From an uncultured Acidobacteriota bacterium (GTDB lineage: Bacteria > Actinomycetota > Acidimicrobiia > Spongiisociales > ZC4RG35), in the NCBI GenBank assembly GCA_963734115.1, contig CAVTFV010000008.1, positions 367,537 through 431,536 on the forward strand: DNA of 64,000 nucleotides, read 5' to 3'. The first letter of the stretch is position 1, and every line of letters starts with the position of its first letter. A program made the translations under genes and the position numbers. The notes under the pieces are model-generated. The model had not been told where the DNA came from. It did not search any database and saw nothing but the letters and a program-made list of their open reading frames with translations. This document shows, one piece after another, positions 29,447 through 38,945 of this stretch.

Positions 29447-30031
29447 TCAAGCGGCTCCGAAGTACGCGGGGGTGTTGCCCGGCCTCCATTTGATCGAACA
29501 GCCCATGGAGGGCCGTTGGTCGGGGCTCGCCGGCTGTCCGGACAGGACTGCGTTGACCGCGGCACGGAGATCCGCCCCGGTCACTGCGATCCCGCTGTTT
29601 GGCCTCGACTCGTCGAATCGGCCCCGATAGGCCAGCTCTCTGTTTGAGTCGAACAGGAAGAAGTCGGGGGTGCACATTGCGGTATAGGCGGCGGCCACAC
29701 TCTGGTCGGCGTCGAACAGATAGGGAAAGGTGTAGCCATTGCGCAGGGCTTCCTTCCTCATCGCATCGGGTCCGTCGTCCGGATACTGGTCGGCGTCATT
29801 GGCGGATATCGCCACGATCCCGATATCGGAGTCTTGGTAATCCATCCCGAAGCGGGCCAACTCGTCACGGATGTGCTGGACATAGGGGCAGTGATTGCAG
29901 ATGAACATGACGAGCATGCCCTTCGAGCCGTCGAAGTCGCCCAGCGAGACGTCACGTTCCGAGACGACATCGCGGAGGGTGAAGTCGGGCGCCTTTGTTC
30001 CGAGCGGGAGCATCGTTGAAGTTGCAGCCAT
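29447..30031 (-). CDS. Thioredoxin-fold thiol-disulfide oxidoreductase (AhpC/TSA or redoxin-like)
   Basis: C-x-x-C active site (CNHCPYV) in a thioredoxin-like fold; 194 aa. Confidence 0.65.
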   Translation of the reverse strand: MAATSTMLPLGTKAPDFTLRDVVSERDVSLGDFDGSKGMLVMFICNHCPYVQHIRDELARFGMDYQDSDIGIVAISANDADQYPDDGPDAMRKEALRNGYTFPYLFDADQSVAAAYTAMCTPDFFLFDSNRELAYRGRFDESRPNSGIAVTGADLRAAVNAVLSGQPASPDQRPSMGCSIKWRPGNTPAYFGAA

Positions 30032-30040
30032 GGCGCCAGT

Positions 30041-31528
30041 CTAAGGGTGGTGCATGGCTGCGATTACCTCGCCGAAAGCCTCGATGCTCCCTTCGAGATG
30101 CACGTCGGGCATGACCACTATGGAGTGGCTCGCACCGGCCGCCTGATAACCATTCATGTGATCGAGTTGGTCTGCGACGGTGCCGGCGTTGTGCCGGGCC
30201 ATGAACGCCTCGGCTGACATGTTCCGCCCCCGCAACTGCTCCACTCGCTCACGCAATGCGTCCCGATCCGTCGCCGCCATGACATTGACCAGATGGCTGA
30301 CCTCGATCTCATCGGGGTTCCGCTCGATCTTGGCGCAGTGGCCGTGGAGCACATCGACTTTGCGACGGATGACCTCTGGGGCGCCGAAGAGATTGCAGGC
30401 GTCGGCATACTGGGCGACGAGGCGGAGAGTCCGCTTCTCCCCGGACCCCCCGATCAGGATCGGGATGTGGTCCTGGATGGGACGTGGGTAGCAGATCAAC
30501 TCGGGGGCGGAGAACGTCAAGCCCGAGAACGAAGGGGATCCCTTCCCCCAGAGGAGGGGCAGCATGCGAAGGGTGTCCTCTAGTTGGTCGTAGCGTGCCG
30601 AGGTGGATGGAAACGGGATCCCATAGCCCTCGTGCTCAGCCCGGTCCCATCCGATGCCGAGACCGAGGGTCACTCTGCCGCCGGAGAGGACGTCGAGGGT
30701 GGCCACCGTCTTCCCCAGGACCACAGGATGGCGGTGCCCGATCCCGGTCACGAGGGTCCCCAGCCGGATCTCGCTGGTGATCCCGGCCATGAAGGCGAGC
30801 GTGGTGTACGCCTCGGGGATGTCCTCCCATCGGCGGCCGACCTGGGGAATCTGACGGAAGTGGTCCATCACCCAGAGATCGTCGAATCCGGCGGCCTCGG
30901 CTCGCGAGGCGATGGAAGCCAAATGCGAGGCCATTCCGGTGCGATCCCCGGGCCAGTCGAATCTATTGACCACCAGTCCGAACCGGTGCATTCGTTGGGC
31001 GGCGCGGTCGTCGCCTGATTGGCTGCTTTGGGAGATGATCGAGGGTGCGACAAGAGCAATGGGTTGCTCGATGACCACCCGATCGAAGCCATCGTCGTCG
31101 ATCTCCGCCTGCACGGCCCGGAACCTGCTGAGCTGTTTGTCGAGCACGGTCTTCGGGATGGGCCGCGGCCGCTCGGTGTTGCGGGCGCGCGCTTGGTCGG
31201 GCGGTATGTCGAAGACGACGGCGACCGCCGGAATTCCGGCGTCGTGGGCGTGGCCGACCCATCTCCGTCGATTGTCCCTGTCGTAGCCCAGACTGTCGAT
31301 GACAGTCGTCAAGCGGCGCCGCATCCGCTCTTCCACTATCTGTTCCAGTATCGAGAAAGCAGCGGTGCCAGCCTGCTGGTCGTCCTCTCCGGCGCCCACC
31401 ATTCCGCGGAGCCGATCCGAGGACACGATCTCCGTTTCACGAAACGTCCCGGCCGCCCACGTGCTCTTGCCCGAGCTCGACGCGCCGACCAGCACCACCA
31501 GGCACGGGGCGGGCAGACGCAGCTCCAT
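30041..31528 (-). CDS. Fusion protein: N-terminal P-loop kinase domain (PNK/zeta-toxin-like) plus C-terminal LLM-class F420-dependent oxidoreductase
   Basis: Residues 1-165 carry VVLVGASSSGKST (Walker A) with kinase-like downstream D/R motifs. Residues 180-495 begin MHRFGLVVNRFDWPG...AGFDDLWVMDHF...LGLGIGW, typical of luciferase-like monooxygenases. There is no stop between the two parts. Confidence 0.6.
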   Translation of the reverse strand: MELRLPAPCLVVLVGASSSGKSTWAAGTFRETEIVSSDRLRGMVGAGEDDQQAGTAAFSILEQIVEERMRRRLTTVIDSLGYDRDNRRRWVGHAHDAGIPAVAVVFDIPPDQARARNTERPRPIPKTVLDKQLSRFRAVQAEIDDDGFDRVVIEQPIALVAPSIISQSSQSGDDRAAQRMHRFGLVVNRFDWPGDRTGMASHLASIASRAEAAGFDDLWVMDHFRQIPQVGRRWEDIPEAYTTLAFMAGITSEIRLGTLVTGIGHRHPVVLGKTVATLDVLSGGRVTLGLGIGWDRAEHEGYGIPFPSTSARYDQLEDTLRMLPLLWGKGSPSFSGLTFSAPELICYPRPIQDHIPILIGGSGEKRTLRLVAQYADACNLFGAPEVIRRKVDVLHGHCAKIERNPDEIEVSHLVNVMAATDRDALRERVEQLRGRNMSAEAFMARHNAGTVADQLDHMNGYQAAGASHSIVVMPDVHLEGSIEAFGEVIAAMHHP

Positions 31529-31566
31529 GTGGGTGTTCTAGTGGATCGATCGGTAACCTGGGTCCA

Positions 31567-32460
31567 GTGAGCTCTTTCCCGTCGGCGCCATTCGGCCATG
31601 TGGCCACCGCCATGATCACCCCGTTCACGGTCTCCGGCGATGTCGACCACGAGAAGGCATGGCGTCTCGCCCGCTTCCTCTCTGACAATGGAAGTGATGC
31701 CTTGGTCGTGACCGGGACCACCGGTGAGTCCCCGACCCTCAGCAGCGTCGAGAAGCTGGCCTTCTACAAGACGGTCGTGGACGCAGTGGCCGGCAAGGAC
31801 ACCCTTGTGATCGCCGGCACTGGCACCTACAACACCGCGGAATCAGTGGAGCTGACCGGCAGGGCCGGCGAGCTCGGCTGCGCCGGTGTCCTGGCGGTGA
31901 CCCCCTATTACAACAAGCCCGATCAGGCAGGTCTGGCGGCCCACTTCAGCGCTATTGCCGATGTCGGTCTGCCGGTGATGTTGTACAACATCCCGGGGCG
32001 CACGGGTACCAGGATCGAGATCGACACGTTGGCCCGGCTCGCGGAGCACGAGAGCATCGTCGCCGTCAAGGATGCCGTCCTAGACATCGAGTTCACCGGT
32101 CACACCATCAACAGGGTGCCCGGGCTCACCGTCTACTCGGGCCAGGACTCGTTCACGTGGCCGATGATGGCCGTCGGTGCAGTAGGAGTGGTGTCGGTCG
32201 TCTCCCATCTCGCCGGGAGGGCCGTGGCCGCCATGGTCCGGGCCGCGCTGGCCGGGGATGTCGCCGAGGCACGTCGACTCCACCATTTGCTCTTGCCACT
32301 TTGCGAGGCATGTTTCCTCGAGACCAACCCCAGCCCGGTAAAGGGGGCCATGGACCGACTCTGGGAGCCGGTCGGCGACGTGAGGCTCCCGTTGGTTCGT
32401 GCGTCGGAGGAGACCCTGGTCGCCGTCGAGAAGGCGGTCGGCGCCCTTCAGGGCCTGTGA
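31567..32460 (+). CDS. dapA: 4-hydroxy-tetrahydrodipicolinate synthase
   Basis: AMITPFT, GTTGES and catalytic Lys region VAVKDA; 297 aa. GTGA overlap with rnj. Confidence 0.88.
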   Translation: MSSFPSAPFGHVATAMITPFTVSGDVDHEKAWRLARFLSDNGSDALVVTGTTGESPTLSSVEKLAFYKTVVDAVAGKDTLVIAGTGTYNTAESVELTGRAGELGCAGVLAVTPYYNKPDQAGLAAHFSAIADVGLPVMLYNIPGRTGTRIEIDTLARLAEHESIVAVKDAVLDIEFTGHTINRVPGLTVYSGQDSFTWPMMAVGAVGVVSVVSHLAGRAVAAMVRAALAGDVAEARRLHHLLLPLCEACFLETNPSPVKGAMDRLWEPVGDVRLPLVRASEETLVAVEKAVGALQGL

Positions 32461-34091
32461 GCGTCTCGGTCACATTCCTCGGCGGTCTCGGGGAGATCGG
32501 CCGGAACTGTGCGGCTATAGAAGTCGACGGAAAGATCGCGCTGATCGACTGCGGCCTCATGTTCCCCGAAGAGGACATGCTCGGAGTCGACCTGGTCTTC
32601 CCCGACTGGTCCTGGCTCGTCGAGAGATCGAGTGATGTTGAATGTGTCGTCCTCACCCACGGTCATGAGGACCACACCGGCGCCCTCGCTTACTTCCTCC
32701 GTGAGGTCAATGTCCCGGTCTATGGCACCAAGTTCACGATCGAGCTCGCTCGGGGCCGCATCGATGAGCTGGGCGTGGAAGCCGATCTCCGGCAGGTCCA
32801 GGTCAAGCAGTGGGTCGATCACGAGCCATTTCGCTTCCAGCTCATCCCGGTCAGCCACTCGGTCCCGGACGCCACCGCGGTGGCTCTGGAGACGCCTGAG
32901 GGAGTGGTCCTTCACTCGGGTGACTTCAAATTGGACCCAACTCCCATCAATGGCGTGCCCACCGATCTGCCGGCGTTCGCCACGTTGGGACGACGGGGGG
33001 TGCGGCTACTGCTCGCCGACTCCACCAATGCCGAGAGACCGGGATTCGAGCCATCGGAGAGCTCCGTGGGCCAGCCCATCGCCGACGTCATCCGGGACTC
33101 CGGGGGCCGGGTCATCGCTGCGTGCTTCGCCTCTCACATCCACCGTGTCCAACAGATCGCCGACGCCGGCATTCGCAATGGCCGCAAGCTGGCTTTCTTC
33201 GGCCGCTCTATGCATCGCAACACGGCCCTGGCCACCGAATTGAAGGAACTCGACGTTCCCGAGAAGTCGGTGATGGATATCAAAGACCTCGCTGAGCTTC
33301 CGCCGAACCAGCAGCTCCTCATCACAACCGGAAGCCAGGGTGAGCCCTTCGCAGCACTGTCTCTGATGTCGCAGGGCCAGCACAAGTTCGTGGAGCTCGG
33401 TGAGGGCGACACCGTTCTCATCTCGGCCAAGCCGATCCCGGGCAACGAGACAGCCGTCTCGAAGGTGATCTCCAACCTGATCCGACGGGGCGCACGAGTG
33501 GTCCACGGCACGAATGCCCCTGTTCACGTCTCCGGCCACGCCAATCGAGAGGAGCTGCTGACGTTCCTCAATCTGGTCCGACCCCAGGCCTTCGTCCCGG
33601 TACATGGGGAATATCGCCATCTTCATGCCCATGCGGAACTGGCACGACAGATGGGTGTGCGCCACGTCGACGTTCTCGAGGACGGCGATCGCGTGATTCT
33701 CAACGGCAAGAAAACTCAGGTCCAGCGGAGAGCTGTCCCAGCCGGATACGTCTACCTGGACGGCTCAGCCGTTGGAGACGTCCAGTCGGCCGTCCTGCGA
33801 GATCGCTCCCATCTGGCCGACGAAGGAGTAGTCGTGGTCACGGTCGGCATCGACCACGACACCGGTGCGGTCCTCTACGGGCCGGATCTCGACAGCCACG
33901 GCCTCATGGATGATCCGGGCACCGTGCTGACCAAGGCGGCAGACGCGGTCACCGCGGCCATCAGCGAGCACGCCTCGGGGCGATCCGATATCGGCGAGCT
34001 GCAGAAGACGATCCGTCAGGCGGTCGGCAGGGTCATACGAGCCGAAACCGCACGCCGTCCTGTGATCGTGCCGGTGGTGATGGAGCTCTAG
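32457..34091 (+). CDS. rnj: Ribonuclease J
   Basis: MBL motif HGHEDHTG followed by beta-CASP and C-terminal domains. GTG start overlaps the dapA stop. The ORF-track N-terminal extension (from 32157) overlaps dapA and is rejected. Confidence 0.88.
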   Translation: MSVSVTFLGGLGEIGRNCAAIEVDGKIALIDCGLMFPEEDMLGVDLVFPDWSWLVERSSDVECVVLTHGHEDHTGALAYFLREVNVPVYGTKFTIELARGRIDELGVEADLRQVQVKQWVDHEPFRFQLIPVSHSVPDATAVALETPEGVVLHSGDFKLDPTPINGVPTDLPAFATLGRRGVRLLLADSTNAERPGFEPSESSVGQPIADVIRDSGGRVIAACFASHIHRVQQIADAGIRNGRKLAFFGRSMHRNTALATELKELDVPEKSVMDIKDLAELPPNQQLLITTGSQGEPFAALSLMSQGQHKFVELGEGDTVLISAKPIPGNETAVSKVISNLIRRGARVVHGTNAPVHVSGHANREELLTFLNLVRPQAFVPVHGEYRHLHAHAELARQMGVRHVDVLEDGDRVILNGKKTQVQRRAVPAGYVYLDGSAVGDVQSAVLRDRSHLADEGVVVVTVGIDHDTGAVLYGPDLDSHGLMDDPGTVLTKAADAVTAAISEHASGRSDIGELQKTIRQAVGRVIRAETARRPVIVPVVMEL

Positions 34092-34102
34092 GCGCCTCGC
34101 CC

Positions 34103-34522
34103 TCACTGCCCAAGGCTGAGGGCCAGCCACCAGCCGCCGACCAGCAGGACGCTTCCTACGAGGGTCAGAACGACCATCGATCGATCGACTCGCAGTGGGC
34201 GCTCCTGTGACCCTAGAAGGATGAGGACGAACCCGGATCCGGCCATTATCGGGCCGAGCAGATTGCCCCCTGGGGTCGTGACGATCCCGGCGATCACCAT
34301 CGCGCCGCCAAATGCTGGGGTATTCGGAGGTGAGATGAGCGAGGCGACTGGAGCAGCCGCGAAGACCAGACCCACCCCAAGACCCTGCCACAGATCTGAG
34401 CGAGTTGGCTCGTCGGGAGCGACGGACACCCAGACGAACACCCCAAAGGCAACGAGCAGGCAAGCCGTGATAGCCAGGCTCCTTCGCAGTGGTGACGTCT
34501 TCACACTTGGCGTCACGGCCAT
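34103..34522 (-). CDS. Hypothetical membrane protein
   Basis: Internal start MAVTPSV... gives a 139-aa protein with 4 hydrophobic segments. The upstream part of the ORF is Pro/Gly-rich and implausible. Confidence 0.4.
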   Translation of the reverse strand: MAVTPSVKTSPLRRSLAITACLLVAFGVFVWVSVAPDEPTRSDLWQGLGVGLVFAAAPVASLISPPNTPAFGGAMVIAGIVTTPGGNLLGPIMAGSGFVLILLGSQERPLRVDRSMVVLTLVGSVLLVGGWWLALSLGQ

Positions 34523-34592
34523 CGGCACAAGGTAGATAGGCCCTCCCGGGTCGTGGTCTTCACATTCCACGGCCAAATCCAACTCCCATGTA

Positions 34593-36893
34593 ATGTTTCT
34601 GAGCACATGGGAACCAGGACACCCACCCGGAAGGGGTCCTCCGGGCGGAGACGGGTGTCCACAGCGAAGAAAAAGAAGACGGCGCCCCTCGAGCGCGATT
34701 CGCCAGAAGCTGGTGGCGGTTCGCGGATCGGTGCGCAACACCCTCGGGCGTCAGACCGACGACATCTGGGGCATGATCCTCGTGGTCCTCGCGATCCTGG
34801 TCTTGCTCGCCTTCGTCGATCTGGCCGGCCCGGTAGGAGAGGGCATGGCCGGCGGCAGTCGCTTCCTGTTCGGCGTATGGCGATTCGCCCTCCCGGTGGC
34901 GCTGGCCGGCATCGGTGTTGCCATGATCGTGGGGAAGCCCCGGGACGGCGCCAAGCGCCTCATTGCCGGTGGGATCGTCACCTTCATCGGATCGTTGGCT
35001 CTGTTCCACCTGATGACCGGAGCCGTGGCCCTGGCGCCGAGCCTGGAACTGGTCGAGGACCGGGGTGGTGCGGTGGGCTCGCTGATCGCGTTCCCGATGC
35101 GGAGGATCCTCGGGATGTGGGGGGCGTTCGTTGTGCTCGCCTCGGCGATGGGGATGGGCGTACTCATCATGACGCAGACCAGTGTCCGCGAGCTGGCAGC
35201 GGGAATCGCCGACCTGTACCGGTCGACCCGCGAGATGGCATCCACCGCCGTGATCGGCGCTCGAGCCGAGCGTGCTGCTGAGGTGTCCGATCGGATCGCC
35301 AAGCCAGCACCCGACGTGCGGGGGCGGCACGCGCGGCCAAAGCCGTCTCATCCCAAGGCAGAGAAGCCGAAGGAGGCCGAGGCTCCGAAGCCGAAGCCGG
35401 TCCCGTTGCCGACTTCGGGCGATCCGGCCAACAGCGGCTACAAGCTGCCGCCGCTCAGCATCCTGGACGGGGGGACCGGTGGCGAGATCAACAAGCGTGC
35501 CCTCGAGGAAACCGCCCGCCAGCTCGAGGAAACCCTGATCCAGCACGGGGTCGATGCCCAGCTCACCAAGATCGTCCCCGGGCCAACTGTCACCAGGTAC
35601 GAGATCGAGCTCGCTCCGGGGGTCAAGGTCAACCGCGTCTCCAGTCTCTCTCATGACATCGCATACGCCCTGGCTACTCCGGACGTGCGGATCCTGGTCC
35701 CCATACCGGGCAAATCGGCCATTGGCGTCGAGGTCCCCAACACGAAACGACGTCTGGTGTCCCTGGGTGACATCCTCTCCAGCGCCGAGGCGGCAGTCGA
35801 GACACATCCGTTGACCGTGGGGCTCGGCATGGACATCTCAGGTCTTCCCAAGCTCCTCAACCTGTCCGAGCTGCCCCACGTCCTCATCGCGGGGGCAACC
35901 GGGGCCGGGAAATCATCTTGCATCAACTCGATCGTCACCTCGTTGTTGATGAGGACCCACCCTGATGACGTGCGGGTGATCATGGTCGACCCCAAGCGCG
36001 TCGAGTTGGGCCAGTACAACGGAGTGCCTCACCTGCTGACCAGGGTCATCACCAACCCGAAGAAGGCCAACGATGCGCTCAAGTGGGCAGTGGCGGAGAT
36101 GGACCGTCGTTACGACCTGCTCGCCGACGCCAAGGTCCGAGACATCGAGGGTTACCGGCTGAAGTGGGACGCCGGTGGTCTCGACCCGGACGGATTCGAT
36201 CGTTTTCCGTACATCGTGATCCTCATCGACGAGTTGAACGACCTGATGATGGTGGCTGGAAGGGAGGTCGAGGAGTCGATCGTCCGCATCGCCCAGATGG
36301 CGCGTGCCGTCGGGATCCACCTCGTCGTCGCCACTCAGCGCCCATCGGTCGATGTGATCACCGGTGTCATCAAGGCGAACATCCCGAGCCGTCTCGCCTT
36401 CAGCGTCGCCTCCCAGACCGACAGCCGGGTCATCATCGACGGGTCCGGGGCCGAGAAGTTGATCGGGATGGGCGACATGCTGGTGGTCACGGCCAAGGAG
36501 CCACGCCCGCAGCGGATCCAGGGCGCTTGGGTTCGAGAGAGCGAAGTTCACTCGGTCGTCGAATGGGTGCGCAAGCAGCAAGAGGCCAAGTACGAGGACC
36601 AGGAGGTCCTGGTGGCCGCCACAGCCGCAGCCGCTGCCCAGGCTGCGGAAGTCGACGACGAGGAAGAGGCTCTGGTCCGCCAGGCGATGGATCTAGTAGT
36701 CCGGAGCGAGCTCGGTTCCACCTCGATGCTGCAGCGCAAGCTGCGGATCGGCTTCGCCCGGGCGGGGCGGGTAATGGACATCCTCGAGAGCCGTGGAGTC
36801 GTCGGCCCGTCGCACGGCAGCAAGGCCCGAGAGGTCCTCATGACCATCGAGGAGATGGAAGAGTTGCTGGCTTCGGATTCCGCCTCGGTTTAG
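34593..36893 (+). CDS. ftsK: DNA translocase FtsK/SpoIIIE; the N-terminus is uncertain and possibly frameshifted
   Basis: Membrane N-domain, linker, motor domain with Walker A (LIAGATGAGKSS) and gamma domain. A Ser/Arg/Lys-rich plausible N-terminus (MGTRTPTRKGSSGRRRVSTAKKKKTAP) lies in another frame starting at 34607. Confidence 0.8.
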   Translation: MFLSTWEPGHPPGRGPPGGDGCPQRRKRRRRPSSAIRQKLVAVRGSVRNTLGRQTDDIWGMILVVLAILVLLAFVDLAGPVGEGMAGGSRFLFGVWRFALPVALAGIGVAMIVGKPRDGAKRLIAGGIVTFIGSLALFHLMTGAVALAPSLELVEDRGGAVGSLIAFPMRRILGMWGAFVVLASAMGMGVLIMTQTSVRELAAGIADLYRSTREMASTAVIGARAERAAEVSDRIAKPAPDVRGRHARPKPSHPKAEKPKEAEAPKPKPVPLPTSGDPANSGYKLPPLSILDGGTGGEINKRALEETARQLEETLIQHGVDAQLTKIVPGPTVTRYEIELAPGVKVNRVSSLSHDIAYALATPDVRILVPIPGKSAIGVEVPNTKRRLVSLGDILSSAEAAVETHPLTVGLGMDISGLPKLLNLSELPHVLIAGATGAGKSSCINSIVTSLLMRTHPDDVRVIMVDPKRVELGQYNGVPHLLTRVITNPKKANDALKWAVAEMDRRYDLLADAKVRDIEGYRLKWDAGGLDPDGFDRFPYIVILIDELNDLMMVAGREVEESIVRIAQMARAVGIHLVVATQRPSVDVITGVIKANIPSRLAFSVASQTDSRVIIDGSGAEKLIGMGDMLVVTAKEPRPQRIQGAWVRESEVHSVVEWVRKQQEAKYEDQEVLVAATAAAAAQAAEVDDEEEALVRQAMDLVVRSELGSTSMLQRKLRIGFARAGRVMDILESRGVVGPSHGSKAREVLMTIEEMEELLASDSASV

Positions 36894-36951
36894 ATCATTT
36901 TTGGCCGCCAAAACGGTGTGAAACCCGGCTCCGGATAAGCTCTCCGCCGGC

Positions 36952-37971
36952 ATGCTCACCCTGATCAGCCCGGACGGGACCGTTGGCGATCGTCTCCCCA
37001 TCACCCTCGAGGAGATGCGCCGGCTGTATGCCGACATGGTCGAGGCCCGCACCTATGACCACAAGTGCATGGCGATGCAGCGACAGGGGCGCCTGGCCAC
37101 TTACGCCCCCTTCGAGGGGCAGGAGGCGGCGCAGATCGGGGCGGCGGCGGCTCTCAGATCAGACGACTGGGTGGCGGCCACCTATCGAGACGCCGCGCTC
37201 ATGTGGCGGGCCGGATACCCGTGGAGTCTGCTCGTCGCAGGGCGAACCGGTGACGAGCGAGGTGGGCAGGCTCCGGATGGGGTCAACGTGCTTCCGCCAT
37301 CGATCACCGTGGGCGGGCACATGATCCACGCCGTGGGACTGGCCTGGGCCGAGGCGCTCAAAGGCTCGGACCGGGTGGCCCTGACCTCGTTTGGCGACGG
37401 CGCCACGTCCGAAGGCGACTTCCACGAGGCGATGAACTTTGCCGCTGTCTTCAACACGCCGACCGTCTTTCTGTGTCAGAACAACGGCTTTGCCATCTCC
37501 TACCCCCGTGCTGAGCAAACCCGCTCGGAGTCGATTGCGATGAAGGCCGAGGCCTACGGCATGCCCGGGGTCCTCGTCGACGGGAACGACGTTGCCGCTG
37601 TCTTAGACGTGGTGAGCTCGGCGGTGGGTAGGGCACGAAACGGCGAAGGGCCGACTTTGATCGAAGCGGTCACCTACCGGCTCGGCCCGCACACCACTGC
37701 CGACGATCCGGGCCGATATCGAGATGAAGACGAGGCCCTGGAATGGCGTGTGAGAGATCCCCTCGAGCGCGTCCGTCTCCTTCTCGAAAAGGCTGGCGGC
37801 TGGTCTCCCGAATGGCAGTCAGAGCTGGAGACCCGAGCGTCGGATGCGATCGAAGAAGCGGTGGCCATGGCAGAGGCGTTACCGCAGCCGACTGCCGAAG
37901 AGATGCTGCGCCGCATGTACGAGCAGCCCACGACGCCCCTCCAGACTCAGCTGGGGGAGATCGGCCAGTGA
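36952..37971 (+). CDS. 2-oxo-acid dehydrogenase E1 component alpha subunit (PdhA/BkdA-like, TPP-dependent)
   Basis: TPP-binding GDGA(T)SEGDFHEAMNFAA motif; 339 aa. First gene of an E1alpha-E1beta-E2 operon. Confidence 0.85.
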   Translation: MLTLISPDGTVGDRLPITLEEMRRLYADMVEARTYDHKCMAMQRQGRLATYAPFEGQEAAQIGAAAALRSDDWVAATYRDAALMWRAGYPWSLLVAGRTGDERGGQAPDGVNVLPPSITVGGHMIHAVGLAWAEALKGSDRVALTSFGDGATSEGDFHEAMNFAAVFNTPTVFLCQNNGFAISYPRAEQTRSESIAMKAEAYGMPGVLVDGNDVAAVLDVVSSAVGRARNGEGPTLIEAVTYRLGPHTTADDPGRYRDEDEALEWRVRDPLERVRLLLEKAGGWSPEWQSELETRASDAIEEAVAMAEALPQPTAEEMLRRMYEQPTTPLQTQLGEIGQ

Positions 37972-38945
37972 GCGAGCTGACCCTGGCTCAGTCCCTCAAC
38001 GGGGCGCTGGCGACAGCGCTGGAGTCCGACGAGCGGGTGGTGCTTCTAGGGGAGGACATTGGACGGACCGGGGGAGTGTTCCGGATCACCGACGGGTTAC
38101 GGGACAAGTACGGGGAGGATCGGGTGTTCGACACCCCGGTCGCCGAGTCGGGCATCGTGGGAGCGGCGTTCGGGATGGCCATAGCGGGGATGCGTCCCGT
38201 GGCCGAGCTCCAGTTCCTCGGTTTCTCCTATCCGGCATACGACCAGATCATCAACCACGTCGCTCGCATCCGGAACCGCTCCAATCACCGCTTTACCGCG
38301 CCCCTGGTGATACGAGTCCCGTTCGGCGGGGGCATCGGCGCTGCCGAGCATCATTCCGAGTCGACAGAGGCGATTTACGCTCACATCCCGGGGCTGAAGG
38401 TGGTGGTCCCATCGACTCCATCCGACGCGCGGGGGTTGCTTCTGGCGGCAATCGAGGACCCGGACCCCGTTCTCTTCCTCGAACCGATCCGCCTCTATCG
38501 GGCGGTCAAAGAAGACGTTCCCGAGCTGTACTACACCACCGAGATCGGCCCTCTGCGTGTGGAGCGCGAAGGCGACGACATCACACTGGTGTCCTGGGGG
38601 GCGATGATGAAAGAGACCCGCGCAGCGGCGTCCCGTCTCGAGGAATCCGGGGCCTCTGTGGAGGTCCTCGACCTGCGCACTCTCTCCCCGATCGATGGCG
38701 AGGGCATCGTCCGATCCGCGACCAAGACCGGGCGCGTGGTAGTCGTCCATGAGGCACCCCGAACCGCCGGCATGGGCGCAGAGGTCGCCGCCATCGTCCA
38801 GGAACAGGCCCTTTATTCGCTGAAGGCGCCGGTGCGGCGGGTCAGCGGCTGGGACACCGTCTTCCCGCTGAAGCGGTCCGAGGCCCACTACCTTCCGACA
38901 GTGGATCGGATCGTAAGGGTGGCGGAACAGACTCTGGAGGCCTAG
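37968..38945 (+). CDS. 2-oxo-acid dehydrogenase E1 component beta subunit
   Basis: GTG start overlaps the E1alpha stop. Transketolase-like pyrimidine-binding and C-terminal domains (GEDIG..., FDTPVAESGIVG). The ORF-track N-terminal extension is rejected. Confidence 0.85.
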   Translation: MSELTLAQSLNGALATALESDERVVLLGEDIGRTGGVFRITDGLRDKYGEDRVFDTPVAESGIVGAAFGMAIAGMRPVAELQFLGFSYPAYDQIINHVARIRNRSNHRFTAPLVIRVPFGGGIGAAEHHSESTEAIYAHIPGLKVVVPSTPSDARGLLLAAIEDPDPVLFLEPIRLYRAVKEDVPELYYTTEIGPLRVEREGDDITLVSWGAMMKETRAAASRLEESGASVEVLDLRTLSPIDGEGIVRSATKTGRVVVVHEAPRTAGMGAEVAAIVQEQALYSLKAPVRRVSGWDTVFPLKRSEAHYLPTVDRIVRVAEQTLEA

